This document shows, one piece after another, positions 1 through 9,144 of a stretch of 64,000 nt of DNA. The position numbers and the translations under genes were made by a program. Source of the stretch: an uncultured Solirubrobacterales bacterium (GTDB lineage: Bacteria > Actinomycetota > Thermoleophilia > Solirubrobacterales > 70-9); contig CAWJWL010000001.1 in assembly GCA_963846565.1 (NCBI GenBank), forward strand, positions 487,013 through 551,012. Reading direction: 5' to 3'. The stretch's first letter is position 1, and the number at the start of each line of letters is the position of its first letter. The notes below the pieces were generated by a model. It was not told the DNA's origin, did not search any database, and saw only the letters and a program-made list of their open reading frames with translations.

Positions 1-723
1 TTGGAGTTCTTCCACGCGATCGGGATCAAGATCGGCGAGCTCTGGGGAATGTCCGAGACGTGCGGCGTGGTGACGATCAATCCTCCCGAGAAGGTCAAGC
101 TCGGCACCGTCGGCCCGCCCGCTCCCGGGTGGGAGGTTCGACTCGCCGAGGACGGCGAGGTCCAGGTCAAGGGCGACGCGAACATGGTCGGCTACCGAAA
201 CCAGCCGGAGAAGACGGCCGGGACGATCGACTCGGAAGGCTGGCTCTCGACCGGCGACATCGGCGAGCTCGATGAGGACGGCTATCTGAAGATCGTCGAC
301 CGCAAGAAGGAGCTCATCATCAACGCCGCCGGCAAGAACATGTCGCCGGCGAACATCGAGGCGAACCTGAAGGCCGCGAGCCCGCTGATCGGCCAGGCGG
401 TCGCGATCGGCGACCGGCGCCCCTACAACGTGGCGCTGATCGTGTTGGACCCGGACTTCGCCCCGACATGGGCGGCGCAGAACGGTCTCGAGGGCAAGGG
501 CCCGGAGGACCTGGCCGGCGAGGACGCCGTGCGCGAGGCGATCCAGGCCGGCGTCGACGGCGCGAACGAGAAGATGTCCCGCGTGGAGCAGATCAAGAAG
601 TTCAAGATCCTGCCGACGGAGTGGGCGCCGGGCGGCGACGAGCTCACGCCGACGATGAAGCTCAAGCGCAAGCCGATCGACGCCAAGTACGCCGAGGAGA
701 TCGAGGAGCTCTACGCCGGCTGA
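1..723 (+). CDS. Long-chain acyl-CoA synthetase / AMP-dependent ligase, C-terminal part (5' end lies outside the window)
   Basis: The ORF is open from the window edge. STGDIGELDEDGYLKIVDRKKELI and the C-terminal KLKRKPI are typical of FadD-type adenylate-forming enzymes. Stop codon at 721-723. Confidence 0.85.
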   Translation: MEFFHAIGIKIGELWGMSETCGVVTINPPEKVKLGTVGPPAPGWEVRLAEDGEVQVKGDANMVGYRNQPEKTAGTIDSEGWLSTGDIGELDEDGYLKIVDRKKELIINAAGKNMSPANIEANLKAASPLIGQAVAIGDRRPYNVALIVLDPDFAPTWAAQNGLEGKGPEDLAGEDAVREAIQAGVDGANEKMSRVEQIKKFKILPTEWAPGGDELTPTMKLKRKPIDAKYAEEIEELYAG

Positions 724-817
724 TACCGACAGCGTCGGGCTCGTACACAGTTCGCTCGCGGCCTCAAACGATCGCGACCTGCCCGCGTGAGGGCGCGCGA
801 TCGAACGGTTCTTCGAG

Positions 818-1381
818 ATGTCACGCGTGGGTTCGGAGTGTGGCTGCCAGCCGACGCCCGGTGGACCGATCGACATCACAGTGCCCGGGCGCAACGGCCG
901 GCTCCGCAGGGGCATTCGCGTTCACAGCGGCGATCGCCTGGGCGAAGACGAGTCGACCGTGGTCGACGGGATCCCGTGCACGACGGTCGAGCGCACGATC
1001 CTCGACCTCGCCTCCACCTACGACCAGCGCAGGCTCGAGAGCATCTGTGAACGTGCCGCGGGTGAACAGCGAGTTGGAAGCGCGTCTGCTGCGGGCATGC
1101 TGCGCGCCGGGATCGAGCGCCCGATCGTGAACGGGCGAATCGAGGCGGGGGGCACGGACTTTGAGGTCGACTTCCACTGGCCTCGTTACCGGCTGATCGT
1201 CGAGACCGATGGCAAGGCATTCCCTGACAGTCCGACCGCAGCGCGCCGCGACGCTCGCCGCGACCGCGTCCGCGGCGCCGCCGGCTGGCACACGCTTCGC
1301 TTCGACTGGCAAGCCGTGACGGAGCGCGAGAGCGCCACGCTCACGAGCATCACCGATCGCCTCAGGGCGCGAGGGGCATGA
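818..1381 (+). pseudogene. DUF559 / Vsr-like endonuclease-domain gene, N-terminally short and frameshifted
   Basis: The family-typical DGIPCTTVERTILDLA and FEVDFHWPRYRLIVETDG...HTLRFDW are in the frame of 818. The expected NSELEARLLRAC segment sits in the frame of ORF 468..1130, which stops at 1130. Confidence 0.6.
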
Positions 1382-1400
1382 AACGTCCCGTATCGGGACG
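1375..1400 (-). terminator. Hairpin-plus-T-tract element downstream of the lamin-tail gene; copy 1 of a 26-nt repeat
   Basis: Plus strand reads GGCATGAAACGTCCCGTATCGGGACG. On the minus strand the stem is CGTCCCG/CGGGACG followed by TTTCAT, about 29 nt after the stop of 1429..2298. Confidence 0.5.
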
Positions 1401-1428
1401 AAACGTGCCGCTCGGCGACGGGGCGGCG

Positions 1429-2298
1429 TCAGCCCTTGACGCGCTTGAACTTCGCCTTCGCCGGCGTCGGGTCCCTGACCCCGGCGGCGGTCACGGCGTA
1501 GACCTTGAACCTGTGCTTGCCGGCGTCGACCTTCTGCTTGAACGGCGAGCTGCACTCCTCGAACCCGCCCTTGTCGAGCTTGCACATGAACGTCGACCCG
1601 GCGGCGGACGATGTGAACTTGAACTTCGCCTTGGCCTTCGTCGACTTCTTCTTCGGCGCCTTCGTGATCGACGTCTCCGGGGCCGCGGCGCCGCCGCAGG
1701 CGATCTCGGTGGGCGTCGTCGAGTTGCTGCGCGGCGTCGGCGTCCTGAGCGCGAAGTCGGCGACGCTCTCCTCGGTGTCGTCGGTCGCCTCGAGCAGGGT
1801 CGCGCAGCCGGGCGCGATCGACCGTGTGAGCGAGGAGCCGGTGGGAATCGCCGGCGCGGGCGTTCCGGTCGGACCCGGCAAGGTTGCGGCGCCGGTGAAC
1901 GCGCCCCACGAGACGCAGTCGATGTTCTCGAAGCAGGCGGCGCCGCCGGGCCCGTACGTCTGGACGGCGTCGGAGAGCATCGGGTAGACGAGGTCGGCGC
2001 CTGGCGTCGCCGTATCGCCGATCAGGATCGTGCGCTGATTCTCCCCGTTCGGGGCATTGCCGCTGAGCGCAAAGCTCGCCAGTAGCGTCCCGGTCGCCGT
2101 GTAGAGGGTGACGGTGTGGCCGCCGACCAGGTTCTGGCCCGCTTCGTACATCTGCAGCTCGATGAACGCGGAGTCCGCGCCCGCCGGGTCGGGCGCGATC
2201 TCCCTCACCTTGACCAGGTGGAAGCTCGCCGAGGCGCTCGGCGCGCATGCGAGCGCCACTGCCGCCGCCAGTAGCGAGATCCCGATTCCTCTGCGCAC
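1429..2298 (-). CDS. Secreted lamin-tail-domain (LTD) protein with a C-terminal Cys-containing beta domain
   Basis: Signal peptide MRRGIGISLLAAAVALACAPSASA. LTD-like AFIELQMYEAG. C-terminal FxFTSSxxGSTFMCKLDKGGFEECSSPF module. Confidence 0.7.
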   Translation of the reverse strand: MRRGIGISLLAAAVALACAPSASASFHLVKVREIAPDPAGADSAFIELQMYEAGQNLVGGHTVTLYTATGTLLASFALSGNAPNGENQRTILIGDTATPGADLVYPMLSDAVQTYGPGGAACFENIDCVSWGAFTGAATLPGPTGTPAPAIPTGSSLTRSIAPGCATLLEATDDTEESVADFALRTPTPRSNSTTPTEIACGGAAAPETSITKAPKKKSTKAKAKFKFTSSAAGSTFMCKLDKGGFEECSSPFKQKVDAGKHRFKVYAVTAAGVRDPTPAKAKFKRVKG

Positions 2299-2335
2299 CT
2301 GCTTCAGACTAAAGCCCCGGTGTCACAATGTCTCC

Positions 2336-3628
2336 GTGGCATCGAAGCGTCAGATCTTCGTCGGCGGCGTTCCGATCGGCGGCGGGGCACCCGTCGCCGT
2401 GCAGACGATGACGAAGACCGAAACCGCGAATCTCGAGGCGACGATGGAGCAGATCGAGAAGGTCGCCGAGGCCGGGGCGGATCTCGTCCGCGTCGCCGTC
2501 CCTCGCGATGAGGACGCGGTCGCGCTGAAGACGATCGTCGAGCGCTCGCCGATCCCGGTGATCGCCGACATCCACTTCAACCACACTCTGGCCCTGAAGG
2601 CGATCGACGCCGGCGCCCACTGCATCCGCCTCAACCCGGGCAACATCGGCGGGCGCGAGAAGGTCGCCGAGGTCGCGGTGAGGGCGACCGAGCGCGAGGT
2701 GCCGATGCGGATCGGTGTCAACTCCGGATCCCTGCCCAAGCACCTGCACGCGCTCGAGCGCGAGAACCCTGTCGAGGCGCTCGTGACCGCGGCCGCCGAG
2801 TTCGTCGAGATGATGGAGTCGCTCGACTTCGAGAACTTCAAGGTCTCGATCAAGTCCACGAACGTCCCGAACACGATCGCCGCGAACCGGCTGCTCTCCG
2901 AGCGGATCCCCTATCCGCTCCATCTCGGGATCACCGAGGCCGGGACGAAGTGGTCGGGCTCACTCAAGTCCGCGGTCGGCCTCGGCACCCTGCTCGCAGA
3001 CGGCGTCGGCGACACGATCCGCATTTCGCTATCGACCTTCCACGCTGAGGAGGAGGTCAAGGTGGCCTGGGAGATCCTCAAGGCGCTGAAGCTGCGCGAG
3101 CGCGGCCCGGTGCTGATCGCATGCCCGACCTGCGGCCGCCTGCAGTTCGACATGGACGCCGTGGTCGCCGAGATCGAGCAACGGCTCGAGGCGTACGTCG
3201 AGCCGATCGAGGTCGCCGTCCTCGGTTGCGCCGTGAACGGGATCGGCGAGGCCTCGCACGCCGACTTCGGGATCACCGGCGCCAAGAACGAGGGTCTGAT
3301 CTTCGCCCACGGCAAGCCACTGCGGAAGGTTCCGCAAGCGGAGCTTGTCGACGCGCTTTTCGTCGAGATCGACAAGTCGCTCGACCGGGGCGCGGTCGAG
3401 GTCGACGACCGTGAGGCCGCGGAGGGAGCCGAGTGGCTCGAGCGGATCGAGGAGGAGAACGCCGATGAGCTCACCCCGGAGCGGATCGCGAAGCTCGAGG
3501 CCGAGAAGGCACGAGCGGAGGGCAACGACGTCACCGCAGAGCCGTTCCTGAAGCCGGTCAAGGGCCGCGCGGTAGAGCTCGACGAAGAGGCATCGCCGAC
3601 CGCCGGAAGGCGCTTCACGCGCGCCTGA
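2336..3628 (+). CDS. ispG: 4-hydroxy-3-methylbut-2-enyl diphosphate synthase (IspG/GcpE)
   Basis: KRQIFVGGVPIGGGAPVAVQTMTKT, ADIHFNH, RLNPGNIG and CPTCGR motifs. Start placed at the in-frame GTG 2336, because the longer ORF (2108) overlaps the divergent gene. Acidic C-terminal extension. Confidence 0.9.
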   Translation: MASKRQIFVGGVPIGGGAPVAVQTMTKTETANLEATMEQIEKVAEAGADLVRVAVPRDEDAVALKTIVERSPIPVIADIHFNHTLALKAIDAGAHCIRLNPGNIGGREKVAEVAVRATEREVPMRIGVNSGSLPKHLHALERENPVEALVTAAAEFVEMMESLDFENFKVSIKSTNVPNTIAANRLLSERIPYPLHLGITEAGTKWSGSLKSAVGLGTLLADGVGDTIRISLSTFHAEEEVKVAWEILKALKLRERGPVLIACPTCGRLQFDMDAVVAEIEQRLEAYVEPIEVAVLGCAVNGIGEASHADFGITGAKNEGLIFAHGKPLRKVPQAELVDALFVEIDKSLDRGAVEVDDREAAEGAEWLERIEEENADELTPERIAKLEAEKARAEGNDVTAEPFLKPVKGRAVELDEEASPTAGRRFTRA

Positions 3629-3643
3629 GGCAGGGACCGCGCG

Positions 3644-4564
3644 GTGGCCAATACCGAGACGGTCCGGGTCGCCGCGGTGCAGGCGACTCCCGTGATCCTC
3701 GATCTCGAAGCCAGTCTCGAGAAGGCGTGTGGCCTGTTGGGAGAGGCGGCCGAGCAGGGCGCCGTCCTCGCCGTGCTGCCCGAGTGCTTCCTGCCGCTCT
3801 ATCCCTCGAACGCGTGGGCGGCCGAGGCCGCTTCCTTCGGCGGCTGGGACGATTTCTGGCTCCGCCTCTGGGAGAACTCGGTCGACGTCGAGGGGCCCGA
3901 GCTGAAGCGCCTTGCCGAGGCTTGCCGCGAGCACGAGATCTGGTGCGCCATCGGCGTCAACGAGCGCGAGTCGGAGCGCCCGGGCACGCTCTACAACACA
4001 CTCCTGATCGTTGGCCCCGAAGGCGTCGCGCTGCGCCACCGCAAGCTGATGCCCACCCACCACGAGCGCCTCTTTCACGGCATCGGCGCCGGCGACGATC
4101 TCGGTGTCGCCGAGACTCCCGCAGGGCGCGTCGGGGGGTTGATCTGCTGGGAGAACCGGATGCCGCTGGCGCGCTACGCGGTCTACCGCGGCGGCCCGCA
4201 GATCTGGGTCGCACCGACGGCCGACGACTCAGACGGCTGGCTCGCGAGCATGCGCCACATCGCGATCGAGTCCGGCGCCTACGTGGTCTCGGTCCCGCAG
4301 TACATCCCGGCCGCCGCATTCCCGGAGGACTTTCCCGTCCCGTTGCCTGAGGGCAAGGACGTCTTCGGCCGCGGCGGCGCGGCGATCGTCGCGCCGGGGA
4401 GTGGGAAGGTGATCGCCGGCCCGCTGTATGGCGAGGAAGGGATCCTCGTCGCCGACTGCGACCTGCGGGGCGCGCTCGCCGCCAAGCGCTGGTTCGACGC
4501 CGTCGGCCACTACAGCCGTGAGGACGTGCTCGGCGGGCTCGCAGACGACGCGGGCGGCCGCTGA
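3644..4564 (+). CDS. Nitrilase / carbon-nitrogen hydrolase family protein
   Basis: Glu-Lys-Cys triad contexts LAVLPECFLP, HRKLMPT and LICWENRMP. Confidence 0.85.
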   Translation: MANTETVRVAAVQATPVILDLEASLEKACGLLGEAAEQGAVLAVLPECFLPLYPSNAWAAEAASFGGWDDFWLRLWENSVDVEGPELKRLAEACREHEIWCAIGVNERESERPGTLYNTLLIVGPEGVALRHRKLMPTHHERLFHGIGAGDDLGVAETPAGRVGGLICWENRMPLARYAVYRGGPQIWVAPTADDSDGWLASMRHIAIESGAYVVSVPQYIPAAAFPEDFPVPLPEGKDVFGRGGAAIVAPGSGKVIAGPLYGEEGILVADCDLRGALAAKRWFDAVGHYSREDVLGGLADDAGGR

Positions 4565-4604
4565 GGGCTAGGGACGGCCCCGGCCGGGTAGGCGGCGGTA
4601 CACG

Positions 4605-5057
4605 ATGGCGGAGGCAGAGGAGACACTGGAGGAGCGGCAGGCGATCGAGCGGCTCAACGCCGCCCTCACCCTGCAGCTGCGCTCGGCGCTTCAGTACTCG
4701 CTCACGGCCGCGAGCCTGGTCGGGTTCGAGGTCCAAGCCGTCGGCGGCAGGTTGACCGAGTACGGGGACTGCGAGCTCGCCGACGCCCGCCGGCTGATCG
4801 AGAAGGTCGTGGCACTCGGCGGCACCCCGACGACCGAGGTCGCCGAGCTGCGTGTGGAGAAGGACCCGCAGGAGGCGATCGACTGGCTGATCGAGTGCGA
4901 GCGGGCCGCGATCGACGCTCTCCAGGCCGCGATCGAGCCAACGGGCCGTGAGGGCCGCTCGGAAGCGCTCGAGCATCGCCTCGAGCATCTGATCATGCGC
5001 AAGCAGGAGCAGGTCGACTTCCTCGAGCGCGCCCGCGGCGAATCCGGCTCCGACTGA
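4605..5057 (+). CDS. Ferritin-like / bacterioferritin-like four-helix protein
   Basis: 150 aa, helical, E/H-rich pattern (ELADARRLIEKV..., EALEHRLEHLI). Confidence 0.5.
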   Translation: MAEAEETLEERQAIERLNAALTLQLRSALQYSLTAASLVGFEVQAVGGRLTEYGDCELADARRLIEKVVALGGTPTTEVAELRVEKDPQEAIDWLIECERAAIDALQAAIEPTGREGRSEALEHRLEHLIMRKQEQVDFLERARGESGSD

Positions 5058-5069
5058 CCGGGGGCGCGC

Positions 5070-5561
5070 ATGCGAGTCCGCGACGCAACGCCCGACGACT
5101 GGCCGGACATCTGGCCCTTCTTCCGCGAGATCGTCGCCGCCGGGGAGACCTATTCGTACCCGCCGGAAATCGACGAGGACGCAGGCCGGGAGCTCTGGAT
5201 GCCCGCGCCGCCCGGCCGGACGACCGTCGCCGTCGAGAAGGACGGCGCGGTGATCGGCAGCGCCAGCATGTACGCGAACCGGCCGGGGCGAGGCTCGCAC
5301 GTCGCCAGCGCCAGCTTCATGGTCGACCCAGCCGGCTCAGGCCGGGGCGCCGGCCGCGCCCTCGCCGAGGACATGATCGAGTGGGCGCGCGCCTCCGGAT
5401 TCCGCGCGATTCAGTTCAACGCCGTGGTCGAATCGAACACGCGCGCCGTCGCACTGTGGCGCTCCCTCGGCTTCGAGATCATTGGCACGGTGCCGGAGGC
5501 CTTCGCCCACCCGTCGCTGGGTTACGTCGGCCTGCACGTGATGCACCGACCGTTGGTCTAG
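5070..5561 (+). CDS. GNAT family N-acetyltransferase
   Basis: Acetyl-CoA loop-like DPAGSGRGAGRAL. Typical size of 163 aa. Confidence 0.8.
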   Translation: MRVRDATPDDWPDIWPFFREIVAAGETYSYPPEIDEDAGRELWMPAPPGRTTVAVEKDGAVIGSASMYANRPGRGSHVASASFMVDPAGSGRGAGRALAEDMIEWARASGFRAIQFNAVVESNTRAVALWRSLGFEIIGTVPEAFAHPSLGYVGLHVMHRPLV

Positions 5562-5579
5562 CCGCCCCGGTTCGCCGAG

Positions 5580-5858
5580 ATGCCTGCCGTCACCTACGTG
5601 GCCGACCTGGAATCGGCCGTCGCGCAGGCGAAGGAGGCGGCCGGTCAGCGGAACGTGCTCGTCCACGGCGCCTCGATCGCCCGGCGAACGCTGGCCGCGG
5701 GCCTCCTCGACGAGCTGCAGATCCATCTCGTGCCGGTCCTGTTCGGAGACGGCCGCAGGCTGTTCGAGGATCTCGGGACCGATCAGCGCGAGCTGGAGGT
5801 GATCCGCGTGGTCCAGGGGCGCGACGCCGCCCATCTGCGCTATCGCGTCCGGCGCTGA
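5580..5858 (+). pseudogene. C-terminal remnant of a RibD_C / dihydrofolate-reductase-family protein
   Basis: 92 aa matching only the C-terminal half of the roughly 180-aa family (VLVHGASIARRTLAAGLLDELQIHLVPVLFGDGRRLFE). No N-terminal half is present in any frame upstream. Confidence 0.55.
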
Positions 5859-5868
5859 GGGTTCGGGC

Positions 5869-6522
5869 TCAGGGCGTCGCGAACCGGGGGCGGCCGGTGA
5901 GGCCGAGCAGCCATACGTAGGTGAGGGCCTCGCGCGTGTCCGCGGTGGTGTCGCCCGCGGTCCGGACCGCCTGCGCGGTCAGCTCCCACGAGGCCGCGAC
6001 CACGGCCCGGCCGACGAGGCGGGGCGGGGGCTCGAGGCTTGGATCGACGCGCCGTATCCAAGCCGCCACCGCCGCGAATCGCTTCTCGGCCAGCTGCATC
6101 GCCCGGTCGCGGTGCTCCAGGCCCGGCTCGCCGACGGCGTGGATCTCGACCAGGAACGCGCGGCACGCGAGCGGCCTGCGGCGGCCCCAGTCCACCAACT
6201 GCTCGGCGGCCGCCGCCAGGACCTCGGCCGGGGATGACGTCGCGCTGACGCCCGCAATGTCGGCGAGGAACTGCTTGCCGAACTCGTCGTAGGCCGCGAG
6301 GAAGGCGTCCTGCTTGTTGCGGAACTGCTCGTAGAACGTGGTCCTCGAGATCCCCGCGGCCTTCGTGACGTGGGCGACCGTTGTTCCCGCGTAGCCGTGC
6401 TCGCCGACGATGTCGAGGATCGCGTCGAGGATCCGCTGCCGCTGCGAGGCCTCGACCTGCTCGCGGGTGAAGCCGTGCGGCCCCTTCGGCAGGCGCTCCG
6501 GGATCTCGGACTGCACGGTCAT
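5869..6522 (-). CDS. TetR family transcriptional regulator
   Basis: HTH GYAGTTVAHVTKAAGISRTTFYEQFRNKQDAF. Start at MTVQSE (ATG 6522). The rest of the 634-aa ORF is antisense to the esterase gene. Confidence 0.9.
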   Translation of the reverse strand: MTVQSEIPERLPKGPHGFTREQVEASQRQRILDAILDIVGEHGYAGTTVAHVTKAAGISRTTFYEQFRNKQDAFLAAYDEFGKQFLADIAGVSATSSPAEVLAAAAEQLVDWGRRRPLACRAFLVEIHAVGEPGLEHRDRAMQLAEKRFAAVAAWIRRVDPSLEPPPRLVGRAVVAASWELTAQAVRTAGDTTADTREALTYVWLLGLTGRPRFATP

Positions 6523-6552
6523 GTACTGCGATGGTACAGTACGTCGTGTACA
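6522..6552. promoter_or_regulatory. Candidate TetR operator(s) in the divergent intergenic region
   Basis: Inverted repeat GTACTG(6523-6528)/CAGTAC(6537-6542), a TGTACA palindrome at 6547-6552, and four GTAC cores within 30 nt in an AT-richer stretch. GGAGGAG RBS at 6573-6579 precedes the ATG at 6589. Confidence 0.45.
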
Positions 6553-6588
6553 CGGGTGATACGTCACTAGTCGGAGGAGATCCAGCGC

Positions 6589-8040
6589 ATGTCCACACAG
6601 GTCCGCCGTCGGATTCGGCTCACGCTGCTGCTGTTCTGTGTCCTCGCACCGCTGACCGGCGCCCAGGGAGCGGCCGCGGATGCGCCCAACATGACGTCCA
6701 GCAACGGGATCACCGTCTCGGGCTGGCGCTGGATCACGCCGAGGACCCTCGAGGTCGACATCTCGACCGCGAAGGTGGCCCCGGTGGCGGTGAACGGCCC
6801 GCACCGCGTGCGCATCACCCTCCCGAACAACTACTTCCAGAGCGGATCGACCCGCTTTCCGGTCCTCTATCTCCTCCACGGGGGAGCCGGCGGCAACTCC
6901 GCGCAGTGGACGACCGGCGGGGGCGCCGTCGAGCCGATCACGAACAACCGCCCGTTGATCACCGTCATGCCCGACGGCGGGAAGGTCGGCTGGTACACGA
7001 ACTGGAAGGACCAGACGGGCGGCGCCCAGAACTGGGCGGATTTCCACCTCAACCAGTTGATTCCGTGGATCGACGCCAACCTGCGGACGATCGCCTCGAA
7101 GAGCGGACGCGCAATCGGCGGCCTCTCGATGGGCGGCTTCGGCGCCGTCCGCTACGCGCAGGACCGCCCCGACCTGTTCGCCTACGTGGCGAGCTTCTCC
7201 GGCGCCGTCGATCTCGGCGACTCGGGCACGCGGGCCGTGGTCACGGAGCAGGCGATCGAGCACGGCTTCCCCGCTCACGGTCCCTTCGGTTCGCCGTGGT
7301 GGCCCAACGACGGAACCTGGAACGCACTGAATCCCCTCAACCGCGCCTCGCGCCTGCACGGCGTCGGCGTGGCGCTCTACGCCGGCGGGGGCATCCACGA
7401 CGCCGATGCGCTCGAGGGCACGATGCGAGCGTCCGCCGACCGGTTCCACAACTCCCTCAACGCCGCGGGAGTGCCGCACTTCTATTGGATGTACGGGCGC
7501 CCGGGACCATCGGTCCCGTACGGCTGCGACGGCGGCCACAACTTCAGTTGCTGGAACTTCGCGCTCAACGACGCGATGCCACGGATCATGGCGGCGCTCG
7601 GAGGGCCGCCGCCTCCGCCTCCGCCCGGCTTCTCCGACGGTGATTTCGAGACACCGGGCATGGGGCCGTGGGTCTGCACCGGGCAGTGCGGCGTCGACCA
7701 TGGCGCCGGCCTGGCGCGCACCGGCACCGGCAACGGCTGGATCCGCAACACGGCCGGCTGGAACAACCTTCACCAGACGATCAGCGTGCAGCCGAACAGG
7801 TCCTACACGGTCTCCGCGTGGATCCGGACCTCGGCCAACAACGCCGACGGCTACCTCGGCCTCCGGACGCCGGGCGGCCAGGTCGTCGGGGAGCAGCGCT
7901 TCGGGCGCCTCGACGGCTACACGAGGGTGTCAGCGACCGTCAACACCGGCTCGAACTCGACGCTCGTCGTCTTCGCGGGCCTGTGGGCTAACGGGGACAC
8001 CTGGGCGCAGGTCGACGACGTCACCGTGGCGCCCCAGTGA
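6589..8040 (+). CDS. Secreted esterase-D/antigen-85-like alpha/beta hydrolase with a Pro linker and a C-terminal carbohydrate-binding-like beta-sandwich
   Basis: Signal peptide. FPVLYLLHGG. Nucleophile elbow GGLSMGG. PPPPPPP linker. The C-terminal module (NRSYTVSAWIRT...WAQVDDVTV) resembles CBM4/9-type domains. Confidence 0.75.
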   Translation: MSTQVRRRIRLTLLLFCVLAPLTGAQGAAADAPNMTSSNGITVSGWRWITPRTLEVDISTAKVAPVAVNGPHRVRITLPNNYFQSGSTRFPVLYLLHGGAGGNSAQWTTGGGAVEPITNNRPLITVMPDGGKVGWYTNWKDQTGGAQNWADFHLNQLIPWIDANLRTIASKSGRAIGGLSMGGFGAVRYAQDRPDLFAYVASFSGAVDLGDSGTRAVVTEQAIEHGFPAHGPFGSPWWPNDGTWNALNPLNRASRLHGVGVALYAGGGIHDADALEGTMRASADRFHNSLNAAGVPHFYWMYGRPGPSVPYGCDGGHNFSCWNFALNDAMPRIMAALGGPPPPPPPGFSDGDFETPGMGPWVCTGQCGVDHGAGLARTGTGNGWIRNTAGWNNLHQTISVQPNRSYTVSAWIRTSANNADGYLGLRTPGGQVVGEQRFGRLDGYTRVSATVNTGSNSTLVVFAGLWANGDTWAQVDDVTVAPQ

Positions 8041-8067
8041 GCTAGCGGGCCCGCGGCGCCGCCGAGC

Positions 8068-8093
8068 GGCATGAAACGTCCCCATACGGGACG
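8068..8093 (-). terminator. Hairpin-plus-T-tract element; copy 2 of the 26-nt repeat
   Basis: Plus strand reads GGCATGAAACGTCCCCATACGGGACG. Stem CGTCCC/GGGACG followed by TTTCAT on the minus strand, downstream of methyltransferase 8177..9025. Confidence 0.45.
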
Positions 8094-8176
8094 TCTCGCG
8101 CCGCCCGATCCCGTGGGGCGCTTCGCCGAGGTCGTGATCGCCGCTTGAACGACGACTCCCGACGCTCCTACGCAGC

Positions 8177-9025
8177 TCATGCGGGCTCGCAGAGGATCGA
8201 CTCGAGGATCGGCAGGTCGCGGGGGTTCCGGGGCTCGGTCGACCGCACGCGCCACCCCGTTTCCGCCAACATCGTTCTGAGGAATCCCGGCGAGTAGACG
8301 CTCAGGGCGGCGGGACGTTCGGGCTTCCCTTCCAGGTACGGATCCGCGTCATCCGACAGGGACGCCGAGAAGAAGAGTCGGCCAGACTCGCGCACGTACC
8401 CACGCAGGATCGAGAAGATCGAGCGGGCATCGTCGGGGAGCTGATGCGTGATCACCGAGAACATGCAGATCACGTCGAATCGCCGATCGCCGACCGGCAG
8501 CTTCGTCTCGGGCGTCAGCGGCACGCCCGTCGGGTTGTACCTCGGGTTCAAGGCATCGATATGGACGAACGTCAGCCGGGGGTCCGGGACGGTCGCGGCG
8601 AGGAACTCGATCATCTTTCGGTAGACGTCGACGCCGACGTATGTTTTCAGTGGTAGGGCGCGATTGACGATTGCGTCGGCGAACCTGGATCCGCACCCGA
8701 AGTCGAGGACATCGAGACCCGCCAGATCCGGGACACCAATCCGCTCGCACATGTAGTCGATCAGCGAACCTGCTTGCTCGGCATCCGGGTCGATCTCGCG
8801 GTGCATGCGGCGCCTGAACTCGCTCGGGATGCTGAAGTGCGCGGTTGCCGAGGACTCGGGACCGCTGCTTGAGATTTCGCACAGCAGGTCCGCCGCTTTG
8901 CGCTTCTCCTCGGCGCTCAGGGCGTCCGAAGCGACCATCCGTCCGAGCACCCTGGCGAAGCGGCGCCGGCGCTGCCCGCGGGTAAGCGGACGATCGCCGG
9001 GTGACGCCTGCTCCGGTTCGGCCAT
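8177..9025 (-). CDS. Class I SAM-dependent methyltransferase
   Basis: Motif I VLDFGCGSRF. Start taken at MAEPEQ (ATG 9025) to avoid overlap with proS. Confidence 0.75.
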   Translation of the reverse strand: MAEPEQASPGDRPLTRGQRRRRFARVLGRMVASDALSAEEKRKAADLLCEISSSGPESSATAHFSIPSEFRRRMHREIDPDAEQAGSLIDYMCERIGVPDLAGLDVLDFGCGSRFADAIVNRALPLKTYVGVDVYRKMIEFLAATVPDPRLTFVHIDALNPRYNPTGVPLTPETKLPVGDRRFDVICMFSVITHQLPDDARSIFSILRGYVRESGRLFFSASLSDDADPYLEGKPERPAALSVYSPGFLRTMLAETGWRVRSTEPRNPRDLPILESILCEPA

Positions 9026-9144
9026 CCTCCGCACATTATCCCGCGCAGCATTGGCCGGGGCGTGATCTCCACCTCGTTCCGCGAATCCGCCTACGAGCCG
9101 TTGCCCGCACATTCTCGCGCCTCGCGGGCTACGCTGGCCGCGCT

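Noticed and set aside
821-2248. 475-aa minus-strand ORF.
   Set aside because: It is Arg/Ala/Pro/Gly-rich with no motifs and overlaps the DUF559 and lamin-tail genes. This is a typical high-GC shadow ORF.
6523-7773. N-terminal 417 aa of the 634-aa ORF 5869..7773.
   Set aside because: Only the last 217 aa form the TetR protein. The upstream part is antisense to the well-supported esterase gene and is Arg-rich.
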